In this document: one piece after another, positions 27,278 through 38,407 of the stretch
Position numbering within the stretch: the first letter of the stretch is position 1
Layout: each line of letters starts with the position of its first letter
Origin: Eledone cirrhosa
Lineage: Eukaryota
DNA: 64,000 nt
Direction of reading: 5' to 3'
NCBI GenBank assembly: GCA_964016885.1
Contig: CAXHJY010000639.1
Coordinates: forward strand, 62,001-126,000
The notes under the pieces: generated by a model
What the model was told of the DNA's origin: nothing
What the model saw: only the letters and a program-made list of their open reading frames with translations
Database searches by the model: none
Made by a program: the position numbers and the translations under genes

Positions 27278-28626
27278 GTTCTTAGCCCTCTCATGTTCAT
27301 CATAGTCCTGCAGGCAATAACGGAGGAGTTTAAGACCGGATGCCCATGGGAACTCCTGTATGCTGATGACCTCACACTTATAGCTGAATCTATGGTAGAA
27401 CTAGAGAAGAAATTCCAAACTTGGAAGCAGGGACTAGAAAGAAAGGGTCTCAAAGTCAACATGACAAAGACTAAGGTCCTTGTAAGTAGACGAGAAAACA
27501 GAACCCAGATCCCCTCAGGGAAATGGCCTTGTTCAGTATGTATGAAAGGTGTAGGTAGGAACTCCATTCTCTGCCCCAAATGCAAACAATGGGTACACAA
27601 GAGATGTAGCGGGATCTCAGGAAGCTTAATTAAGAATGTAGGCTTCACATGCAGCAGCTGTACTGGGACAGCAAGCAGCAAACAGCCACAGGAAACAAGT
27701 ACCACCAATCTCTGGGAGGGCTCTGTAGAGACAGTAGACAGCTTCTGCTACCTAGGTGACCGAATTAGCAGCGGAGGTGGGTGTTCAGAAAGTACAATAA
27801 CAAGGGTAAGAACGGGATGGAAGAAGTTCAGGGAACTACTACGACTGCTAGCTGCAAAAGGCTTCTCCCTCAAAATGAAAGGCAGACTGTATGATGCGTG
27901 TATCCGAACAGCAATGTTACATGGTAGTGAGATCTGGGCGCTGAAGGTGGAAGACTTACGTAGATTAGAGAGAAACGAAGCCTGCATGCTCCGATGGATG
28001 TGTAATAGTAATATACGCGAACGACAAAGCATAAATGAATTGAGAGAGAGACTGAGCATAAGAGGAATCAAATGCTGTGTGCAGGAGAGGCGGTTGCGTT
28101 GGTATGGACATGTGATGCGTATGAAGGATGACAGCTGCATAAAAAGGTGCAGAGCACTAGAAGTTGATGGAAACCGCGGAGTGGGGAGACCCAAGATGAC
28201 CTGGGATGAAGTGATAAAAGGCGACCTTACCCAATTACACCCCTCAAAGGCGATGACACACGACCGTGACCTCTAGCGTCACGCAGTAATACAGAGTACC
28301 CGACCTCCCATGGGTACAAGCTGAAGCATATAGACAATATGCCCCCACACCATCCCACTGCAAGGTGGTCGTGGAGATGCCACGGCAAAAAAGCACCAAG
28401 CCCACACTGTAAAGTGGATGTGTAGGCGCCACGAAAAAGCACCCAGCACTCACTGTAAATGAGGTTGGTGTTAGGAAGGGCATCCAGCTGTAGAAATCAA
28501 GCCAAATCAGTTCCTGTATGAGCAAGGCATGGTCAGCCGATCAGACACTGCTCACAACAGGACAACCCGTCTAACCCATGCTAGCGTGGAAGAACGGACG
28601 TAAAACGGTGATGATGATGATGATGT
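27278..28626 (+). mobile_element. 5'-truncated RTE LINE (RT C-terminal half, PHD-type finger, 3' UTR, (GAT)n tail)
   Basis: ORF 27293-28276 with YADDL, a C4HC3 finger and RRLRWYGHV.R. Second subfamily, diverged from the 19343 copy. Confidence 0.95.
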
Positions 28627-30674
28627 TTAAAGTGTCATTTAGAGTATAGGTTTTGTTTCACAACTCCATTACATAATGCATTTTTATCATTTGATTCATT
28701 TTATAAAGTTTAAAAAATATCTCTCAAATTTTTGTTTACTTCTGGCCACTCACAGTTGGGAGTATTTGAATGAAAGACACGAATAAGAGAACTTCCTACA
28801 GAGATTCATAGAGTAGAAGAGGAAGGTAGAGACATCAAGTGAGAGAAGACAAAAGCAAGAAGGGTGAGAGAGAACAGGAGCAATAAAATATAAGTCAGAA
28901 GTAAGATTTCAATCTTACATAAGATTGAAAGAAAAAGTATTATTAAGTCAGAAAAACAGTCAACATGTATGTATGTGTGTGTGCACAAGTACATGCATGT
29001 ATGTGTAGGGGATATTTATGTATTAAAAAGATTGAATTATAAAAATTTGTTGGAAATATTTTCAAGGGAATGCATAAATAACACTAATGATGTAGAAAAA
29101 CTGTTCATTGTAAAATAATCACTTCAGATAATTTAGCACCTTATTTATGTAAAATTTGAAGTTCATGAAAATCGACAAAATATTGACCTTGGATATAAAC
29201 TTGCCCCCCCCCCCTTTTTTTTTACTACCAATCTTTTTTTATTTTTGGGATCACATATTTCTTGACTTATATACGAGTATATACAGTACTTATAATTTCA
29301 TATATATATATATATTCAGTGTAATAATATATTATTCCAATCAATTTTCTCTCTGTGCAAACAATAAAATGCCTATTAGCATTTTAATTCAATTCAAGCT
29401 CTCTAACTGCTTTTTATTAGCTAATAGCTATTTCTCTTAATAATTTTGGTTACATTTCACTATAAACAAATCAAATTAAAAAGGGTTCAATAGAGATAGA
29501 CTTTCTAATTCAAGTTTCATTATAATTTCTTTTATTTTTTTTATTTTGCAAGATTCAAAGCAGCTTGATAAGACAAGTAAACTGTATGGAGTATGTCATC
29601 TGCTAATGAGCTTCTCTCTAAAACCATTTAAAAACTTGCATCTCTAGTTTGTTTGCCTTTATTGTCTAAACTAAGTAGCAACAGATGACAGAGATAATTA
29701 ATTATATTCTTTATTGTTCTAGCACTGATTTATCAACTTGTACTTCAAATGATCATGATCAATCACACACACACAAAATAGTTAACAAAAAAATTAGTTT
29801 CTCATTCGTCTCTCACTTTATTTCTTCTGTGTGCATTTGCTAGTCATCTTTGCAAGTATTGCTAAAAAAAAATTTTTGTTTGTTTTTTAAATATTAGTTT
29901 TTAAGTTGTATGTGTATGTTTGCACTTTTTATGCTCTCCCATCAAATTTGTTTCATTAAAATGCTGAATTGTAATGATTATATGAATATATATATATGCA
30001 TTCTTTCTGTTTTTATCAGTTTTAGCCAAATTAGCCACATTAGCCAAATATTCTTGAAAAGTACCTAAAATTAAAGTCAATTAACTACAACTTTTCACAA
30101 TGATCTGTCCACTAGTAAAGATACTAAAAACATTTGAATTAACAAACCCATTCTCTGCTAGGCCATTACAGGATGTTAAGAGTTAATGGAATTTTTTTTA
30201 TCACTCTTTTACAGCTGAAACTACTTTTATGAAATGTTTTAAATTAGTTTTGTAATAAAATACTTGTGTATATGTCTAATTTAGTAGATGACTGCTATGT
30301 GTGTGTGCACAAGTATGTGTGCATGTATGTACGCACAAATGTACATTTTGTAATTTTTAAAAAATTCATTGGCAATGCAACTTCTTAAATTACTTTGCCT
30401 CTCAGTTATTTTCTCCAGAAACATTTAAAATCTAATGAATATAATTTTTTTTCTCTCTCTCTTGTATTTTCTATATGCATGTTTAATTATTGACAGTTTA
30501 TTTTTTTAAATTATATTTCTTGTTTTGCTAGTTTTTCAACTGTCTGTATTGCCACTTAAACATCATGAGGTCATTGTGTAGTGGTTGTTATTTTCTCCAG
30601 ATTATTTTTAATATGATTATCCATTTTCATGTTAATATACATACACTTGGAAATTTTTATTTTTCACTTTGCAG

Positions 30675-31019
30675 ACTGCTCAGCTATATTAATTCAAAGA
30701 AAGAAAATCCTTGAGAAAAAACAAAAAAAAATGATTACAAATCATAAAGTAAACTCATTCAATAATAATGCTAAGACAAGTTATTCAATTACAGCTGCTA
30801 CCAAGAACACTAGTGTCCAAAATAATTTGCCTGTTTTTTCAAAAATCCTTCCAGCTACTATTTCTGAGAACAATGATATTAGTCAAGGACTTAGCCCCAA
30901 TAGCCTAACTAACATTGATTCTGTAAACAATAATGAATTTAACAAACCAATAGATTGGCACATAAAACGAGGCCTTAATGAAGCTAACATACGGTGGATT
31001 TCAAATCTGAAAAAAAAGG
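30675..31019 (+). CDS. WIP candidate cassette exon B (115 codons, phase 1-1)
   Basis: Acceptor ttttcactttgcAG. Open frame (D)CSAILIQRKKILEKK...DWHIKRGLNEANIRWISNLKKK. Donor G|GTATAT. Length 345 nt = 3n. Confidence 0.7.
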
Positions 31020-31640
31020 GTATATATGTTATTGTCGTTCGTACCTTAGTTAACCTCTGCTTTTTGCCTATTTAACGAGCCTCAAACATTTGACGTCAAT
31101 CTTGCACTATAATGGTTTAAACCTCTTCACCTGTTTTAAATTTTTATTTATTTCTTAATTTAGTTTTTCTGTTTCACTTCAGTTTTTCCCATTATAGTTA
31201 ATATGTTCCCTTGTGCAAGTTATAATTATGTTTAATAGATTTCGCCAGACCCAAGCGATAAGAGAAAATGTTCATTAATCATTGTGGTTTTCTTGATCTT
31301 CTATTTTATGAATATTAGGGAACTTTCCTTACCCACATTATATAAATAGCATAACCTGAATATCAAAATAGTAATAAGTTAATTTTCATGTGGTCACAAA
31401 AAAATTACATGGAACACATCATGTTACTCATGTAATTCAAATACCTGGGATTTTTCAGATTCCTACCATAATAAAAAAAATACAAGCCTATTCCAGAACT
31501 TATTAGATAGAAATATTGTTTTCTCAATCAATATTTGTCAGCTCAAATTATAAGCTCATTTAATGTATAATTGGGATTGTCCTTCAAGTGGACACATAGG
31601 CTTTGTGTGTGTTTCTGTGTGAGAGAGAGAGAGTGGCATA

Positions 31641-31742
31641 GATAATTGTTTCTACTTTTGGCACAAGGCCAGCAAACTAATCAGTGTATTACTGGTACTT
31701 TATTTTATCGACCCCGTAAGGATGAAAGGCAAAGTTAACCTT
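31641..31742 (-). mobile_element. 5'-truncated tRNA-derived SINE (family 1)
   Basis: Matches the 3' half of the 6224 copy (TAATTGTTTCTACTTTTGGCACAAGG...GGCAAAGTTAACC). Confidence 0.8.
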
Positions 31743-31949
31743 AATGTGCACAAGATAGTGCTTAGATATCCTTCATACATTTTGTGATCAAGTAGATATA
31801 TGATCCTGTTTAAGATCCTCTACACTCTGCCTACTAACATTAAAGTTATTGTAACACACATTTAGAAACTGCATTTTACCTCAGCACATTTCTAGACTAC
31901 CATTCTCTTGTTCATGTTTATTTTTTTTTTGTGTGTGTATGGTTATATA

Positions 31950-33400
31950 TCTATTATATTATCTATAATATTATAAAGCTGAGTATCGTGTGTATGTATG
32001 TATGTCTCCTACACACCTCTCTATAGTTTGTTAGCTTTACTCTCTCCGTCGCTCTTCCCTCTCTCTATAATAGATCATTCCCCTTCTCTATAATTTAACT
32101 GCTTCACTCTCTCTGTCGCTCTTCACTCTCAAATATTATAAAGTTGAGCGTCTTCTCCGTCGCTCTTCCTTCTCTATATAATAGATCATTATAAAGTGAA
32201 GCGTCGTCTTTCTCTCTCTCTCTCCCTCTTTCACTTTGTCTATAATTTAACTGCTTTACTCTCTGTCTCTCTTCACTCTCTATATGACAACACTCTTTTA
32301 CTTTCCGTTTTAATTGTATCTCTCTCTGTCTAACGGCCTATCTCTCTCTCTTTTCCCCTCTCTCTGTTTTTCTGTCGTCGCTCGCATAAGTAACACACAT
32401 ACACACACACACACTTTCTGTCGTCGCTCGCATAAGTAACACACCCACACACACACTTTCTGTCGTCGCTCGCATATGTAACACACATAATATATCAAAA
32501 CAAAACAGACACACATGCACATACACACATACACACATACACAAACACACATACACACACATATCTATACTTTATATGTATGTATGTATGTAAGATCATT
32601 CCCCCCTCTCTATAATTTAACTGCTTTACTCTCTCCGTCGCTCTTCACTCTCTATATGACAACACTGTTTTAGTTTCCGTATCTCCCTGGTGGACGAGGT
32701 TGAGAGGACTGAGGACAGATGCCTTTCTCTCCGGACAACAATTGATTCCATTCTTTAAGTATCACTTTAGAAGGAGAATCAGGGTGGAGAGAGAGGCACT
32801 GCACCCCAGTAAATTTACTGAAAGGTGGGTGAATGAAGCGAAAATGGCCCGAGTGATTGGACCTTCTCTGTTTATAAGCCTGTAGGTTGAGGAAGAGAGC
32901 AAAAGGAAGAAAGGAGCACTTGCACAACACGCTCCTTGAGTTGAGGGTTGTTCTATCGACGGGGTATTAAACAACCCATTTGTGGCGCCTCCCCCCTATT
33001 AGGGATTTCGATTGTTGAAATTGTTTGTTTTTATATTTTTTTACACGACTGTATGTAAAATCCCCGGCATGTCTTTGTATTGTCCCCTTTCTTGTTGCGC
33101 CCTTGTGGCTAATAAAGAAATCAATATATACACACATATACACACATAGAGAGAGAGAGAGAGAGAGAAAGATTAGGAAAACTACACACACACATCTACA
33201 GAGAGAGACAGAAAAACAGAGGGAGGAGAAAAGAGAGAGATAAGCCGTTAGACAGAGAGAGATACAATTAAAGTGTTAGTTATTCAGATAGAGAGAGAGA
33301 GTCGGAAGGACAATGGGACACAGGAGGGTGTGTGGTATCTTTGCAGTGGAGTGGTGAGGGCAGGTATACCTAGCCGGGCGCCAACCGGACGAGCCAGCTA

Positions 33401-33401
<1 letters not shown>
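31950..33401 (+). mobile_element. Non-autonomous Helitron with internal tandem/inverted repeats and nested LINE fragment
   Basis: 5' A|TC(TATTATA...TATAAAG). 3' CCGG-N7-CCGG hairpin followed by CTAG|T. Internal CT-rich repeated units. Confidence 0.8.
32680..33123 (+). mobile_element. 5'-truncated L1/Tx1-like LINE 3' end nested in the Helitron
   Basis: C-terminal peptide RGLRTDAFLSGQQLIPFFKYHFRRRIRVEREALHPSKFTERW resembles Tx1-clade ORF2 ends. Followed by a 3' UTR with AATAAA (33111) and a (TA)/(CA) run. Confidence 0.6.
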
Positions 33402-33447
<46 letters not shown>

Positions 33448-33539
33448 TGTGCGTTAATATAAGTATATGTATTTATGTATGTATACGTGTGTGTCTGTGT
33501 ATATATATATGTATGTGTGTGTATGAAGGTAGATAAGGT

Positions 33540-33805
33540 TGTCATCATCACCATCATTTTATGTCCGCTTTTCCCTGCTTGCAAGGGAGGGGGGCGACTG
33601 GAACCGATTCTGGCTTGATTTCTACAGCTGCATGCCCTTCCTAACACCAACCTCATTTACAGTGAGTGGTGGGTGCTATTTTCCGTGGCGCCTACACGTC
33701 CACTTTACAGTGTGGAATGATAGGGACCCCAGTCCCCATCATCTCATTTCTACAGCTGAGTAAACTGGAGCAATGTGAAATAAAGTGTCTTGCTCAAGGA
33801 AACAG
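33540..33805 (-). mobile_element. 5'-truncated SINE family 2
   Basis: Near-identical to 22898-23190. Confidence 0.85.
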
Positions 33806-33829
33806 ACACTTTTGTTTATGTATATTGGG

Positions 33830-34600
33830 AATGAATGCTTAAACAAGAAAACTGCTTACTAGAGAGTTTGAGTCAATGGCATCCTTTGAATTGTACAGCA
33901 TAAATATCCAAGCAGGGGAATATGGTATATAGGTCCAGAAGAGATCACGGAGTATATTAATATATATATATTTATATATATATATATATATAGTAATAAT
34001 AATAAATTTGAAGACTAAAATCCAAAGAGGGCTCGATAAGGATAAATATATATCAGATATATAAGAACCGTAGAGCAAATATTTATTAAAATAACAGATT
34101 AAAGTTTAAGCAAAGAATGGCTGTTTCACCCTTTCAGAAGATCCTGTTAAGGGTGAAAGCAGCGATTCTTTGCTTAAACTTTAATCTGTTATTTTAATAA
34201 ATATATATATGTATGTATGTATGTAAAAGGTAAACCGAAATAACAATCCGTACAGTATATGGAAGAGATATATTAGGTTAACGCTTGATATAGCAGAAAG
34301 AGGGTTTTGACGTTTCGGACGCTAGTCCTTCCTCAGAAGAAAGAATGTGAAATAAGATAGATTTAGGGGATGGGCAGGTTAGAATTGGAAAAAATGTCTT
34401 TAGATAGAAATTAGGAAAAGAGTGAGGACCCTGACGGCTGAGCTCCAGCCGTTTCAACAGCTAGATCTAGCTGTCGAAACGGCCGGAGCTCAGCCGTCAG
34501 GGTCCTCACTCTTTTCCTATTACCCACTCTACTACCCTAAGTATCGAGTACTCTGGTGCGTTATGGTCCACCTGGTTTCTTACCACACTTTCTTTGTTAT
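33830..34600. mobile_element. Cluster of Penelope-like element terminal fragments with two fold-back hairpins, embedded in (TA)n
   Basis: Inverted repeats at 34079-34204 and 34412-34519, a hammerhead core at 34308-34336(-), and (TA)n borders. The sequence at 34133-34200 is shared with 13858-13925. Confidence 0.6.
34304..34340 (-). ncRNA. Minimal hammerhead-ribozyme-like motif of Penelope-like element type
   Basis: The - strand reads CTGAGGA-A-GGAC-TAGC-GTCC-GAAAC-GTC-A. This gives the CUGANGA and GAAA core boxes, a perfect 4-bp stem II and a GUC site. Stem I is weak. Confidence 0.6.
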
Positions 34601-34789
34601 ATATATATATATATATATTCAAAATAAGGAAGTGGGGTACAGGACTGCTAGGTTGTGATGGTGGAGGTGGTTGGGGCATGCACAGTGGGGTTAAAGCAGT
34701 GATGCTGAGAATCATCATCATGTATGTATGCTTGCATGCATACATACATACATGTGTGTTATATATATATATATAAATATATATATATA

Positions 34790-35058
34790 TCATCATCATC
34801 ATCATCGTTTAACGTCCATTTTCCATGCTAGCATGGGTCTGGACGGGAATTGTCCCACTTGAGGCAAGATTGGTTGTCTTGCTCAGGACTGTCTGGCGGG
34901 TTTTCTACGTCTGGATGTCCTTCCTAACACCAACCACGTTTACAGTGTGGACTGGGAGGTTTTTACCGTGTTACCTACACGGCCACATTACAGCGTGGAC
35001 TGAGTGTTTTTTTGTTGTGACACCTACACGACCTCATTTATTTAGGACTGGATGTTGT

Positions 35059-35060
<2 letters not shown>
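34790..35060 (-). mobile_element. RTE 3' UTR/tail-only insertion
   Basis: Reverse complement of 24040-24427 with a single copy of the duplicated unit, flanked by (TA)n. Confidence 0.8.
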
Positions 35061-35131
<71 letters not shown>

Positions 35132-35490
35132 ATATGTATATATGTGGTATAATATAAATTGTCTTATTTTCTGTGTGTGTCAGGTAAATGAAGTCTGATT
35201 GAGATAATTATGTGATTGGTTTCATTATAAACTAGTACTATTTACTCATTTTAATGTCAAATCTCAACATATTCCTTTTAAATAGAATTTTCTGGAGGGA
35301 AATTTAATTTTTTAGAGAAATCATGAGTTTTTTTATTTTATTTTACTCATTTACTTTACTATATTCATTTTCTTTTAAAATCCATTAGTTTTAAATTTTT
35401 AAATATTTCATGTAATTAACATCCATTTAATTAACATCAACACCAGATTAGCTTAATTTCATAATGAATTTTATAATTTACCAATTTCAG

Positions 35491-36168
35491 TTCGTCGGCT
35501 ATCGACGCTTTCCTTCCCCGTGATGACATCTTCCAAGTCCAGCTTTGAAATATCACCAACTATGCAGTATTCTTCTCACACATCTTCTGTGCCTCAACAT
35601 TCTCCTAACCAATATGTAGCCCACTTAAAAACAACAAAGGCAGAAACATCACCATCTTGTTATACTTCAGCAGTGTCTCATCAACATAAGAGTTCTGTTA
35701 ATGAAGCTGAGGAGCCTCATCAAATGAAATCTGAAATGATCTCTACTCCATCTTACAGAATTATTCAAGAGTCCTCCTCAAATGATATAAATACTACTAG
35801 CTTTAGTTACTCTGATAACTATCTATCTCCCAACCAATATTCTAACCCATATACTTCTCAGAACATTGAGAATAATGTCAGTGTTACTTCAACATTGCCA
35901 GCACCACCATTGATTGAGCAGATCCAATCTAATTTGAAAAAGTTAAAAAAACACAGTTCCCCTAAAATGGCTAATACTAGGACTAGCTGTGGAAATTCAT
36001 CCAACCTGAAAATAATTCAAGGTTCTCCTTGCCATACATCATCAAAAGCTGCTAAAACACTTGAACAGCAGCTTCATTCTCTGCGCAAGATCTCAGTCAA
36101 CCATAAGACTACATCTTTTGAACCTTCAGCACCAGTCTCAGAATGGAAGCAGAAATTTAAAATAGATG
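35491..36168 (+). CDS. WIP candidate cassette exon C (226 codons, phase 1-1; Ser/Thr-rich, two WH2-like motifs)
   Basis: Acceptor atttaccaatttcAG. 678-nt stop-free frame in AT-rich DNA: (V)RRLSTLSFPV...APPLIEQIQSNLKKLKK...LEQQLHSLRKIS...PVSEWKQKFKID. Donor G|GTATAC. Confidence 0.8.
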
Positions 36169-36802
36169 GTATACAATGCACGGTTATTAGTTTAGAAATT
36201 TGTCATTGGCACTTTGCATAACATTAGCTCTTTACATAACATTTAATTATAGAATTACTTATTTCCTTAAATGTAAACCTACAGTACTACCTTACAGAAA
36301 ATTATATTCAATAAGAACTGGTTACCTTTTCATAATTGTGTATGTGTGTGCATGTCACAGATAGCATTTCACCAGTCACCATTCTATTATTTTAAAAACT
36401 GACTGGGAGAAATACCCAGGGTTGCTGGCTGCATGAAAAATTCATGCAGTTAAGCCTAGAACTTTTAATAAATAGAATTACTCCTGTAGTATGGAGTGAA
36501 AATGATTAGCTAAATAATTAATTCTGGCCAAGAAATGCAGGAGAGATAACTCCTGGATTTGAATTAATTAAAATCAATTAAAAACAGAACGTAGAGGGAG
36601 TGAGTCAAATCCTTGTCAGTATCATGACCACTCTGCATGTTTTTATCTTGCTTGAAAGCATTGTCTTTTCTAATGTAACAAACCCATGATGACATAGACA
36701 TATAGCAGTTTAGTGGATGACAACTGAAGAGAATGACTTGTGGGTGGGTACCTGGGATAATTGTTGCATGAAAAACAAATAGTTAAGTGGGTAGTAAATT
36801 AA

Positions 36803-37033
36803 CCCTTTAGCATTTACATTACTCTATATATACTATTGTATTTTCATGGTAAAGGCTTTATCTCACATAATTACCTCACATAATCTCTCCCATACTATCG
36901 AATCTATGCAATTTTGATATTATTTATTTTGGGAACAATATCTTAACATCAGTATGAGTGGCGGGTTACAGCCGGTTTGAACAGAAAGAGGTGAGAGAAT
37001 CTGGCCAGATACAGCCAGTTTAAATGCTAAAGG
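36803..37033 (+). mobile_element. piggyBac-type MITE
   Basis: TTAA target sites on both sides and TIRs CCCTTTAGCATTTA / TAAATGCTAAAGG. Homologous to the 47095 and 58869 copies. Confidence 0.88.
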
Positions 37034-37618
37034 TTAATGTAGTGAGGTAATTAATTTTAATTCTTTTTTTTTTCTGGACTATATTATGTTAACATCTACT
37101 TTTTCTATTACATTTGTGTTCAGAACCTACAGGTGTCAACTTAACCCTTTCATCTTTCTGGTTTTAATAGAATAATAAGCAGTCAAATACTATTGTTGAT
37201 TTAATCCTCTATACACCATTCCAAAATGTATTGCCTTAAGCTAGTCAGAAAGAAATCAATATTACTCTGACTTTTATTTTAATTAGTGTGTCGATACGAT
37301 TTTTTTTAATGATATACTGTAAATGAAACTTTGTAGACAAAGAATTTTCTTTATCTGACTGACTTCGTTTTGTGTTAGGTGCTAATTATATATAACCATA
37401 ATCCTGATTTGTTAATATAGTAGCAGTTTTAAGAACTTAATAACTTCAGATTTCCATAAAAATTGGTTATCACTTGTTTTTTTAATCAAAAACATTTATT
37501 TATAGATGAAGTGTATTGCAAACTTGTAGCATTGAAAATTAATGTTTTTTTTTTTTTTTTTTTAATATACTTTTCTATTCTGTTTTTAATTATAATTTGA
37601 ATAATTTGAAATTTTCAG

Positions 37619-38407
37619 CTCCCAATTTCAATAGATTTTCTGCTTTTCGGTTGAATATTCGCCAGCCTGGAACTCCTCGGCATAGATCTGCAGCTATGTC
37701 TCATTTTAGACCAGTCGCCTCAACAAATACTCAAATGAGTTCTTATAATGTTACTAAATCTTCAAATATCATTGCAACTAATTCTAATAATGTTTTAACT
37801 ATTGGTGCTAAATTTAACAACTTCAACCAACAAACATATCCAAAAAAGACTGAAAAAGAATGTGTTATCGTTGAAAAGCCTCAACAGCCCTACCAGAAAT
37901 ATAAAAGTTCAGTAACTGGAACTTATGAAACTGCATCAGTTATAGAACAACCCAAGAATATAGCATACAAAGTATCTAACCAGCCTTCACCAAAATCAAC
38001 TATGTCGCAATCAGTGTCTGAGAAAAAACCTGCAGAATTTCTAGAAATTACTCTTAAATCAACAAAATTTTCATCATTATTTTATGGTGCTAAGAAAGAT
38101 CCCAAAAAGGATTACTCACCATATGGAAATTACAAACGATCACCTTATGGAAATCCGTCTTCTTTACTTAAGACTAATAATAATTTAAACCCTTATGTAA
38201 GATCTGTTTCCTACCATGGGCCAATTTCTGATGCTTCCTACACATCTCCACAAAATTCAGGCAGCTATTTCCAACCATTCTTCCGGCCTTCGTTTATGTC
38301 CAATTCTGAGAAAGTATACTTTGAAAATAACTATCAAAAATCAGCTTCAGCGCCATCTCTAGTACAAAGCCGTATCCAATGGGCATTGAATGTGTCTTCA
38401 TCTGATG
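37619..38407 (+). CDS. WIP candidate cassette exon D (263 codons, phase 1-1; Ser/Asn/Tyr-rich)
   Basis: Acceptor aattttcAG after a long T tract. 789-nt stop-free frame: (A)PNFNRFSAF...KPAEFLEITLKST...KSASAPSLVQSRIQWALNVSSSD. Donor G|GTATTG. Confidence 0.8.

Noticed and set aside
29553-29576. Possible 24-nt phase 1-1 micro-exon (DSKQLDKT)
   Set aside because: The AAG acceptor and A|GTAAAC donor are weak, and it is too short to distinguish from chance without RNA data.
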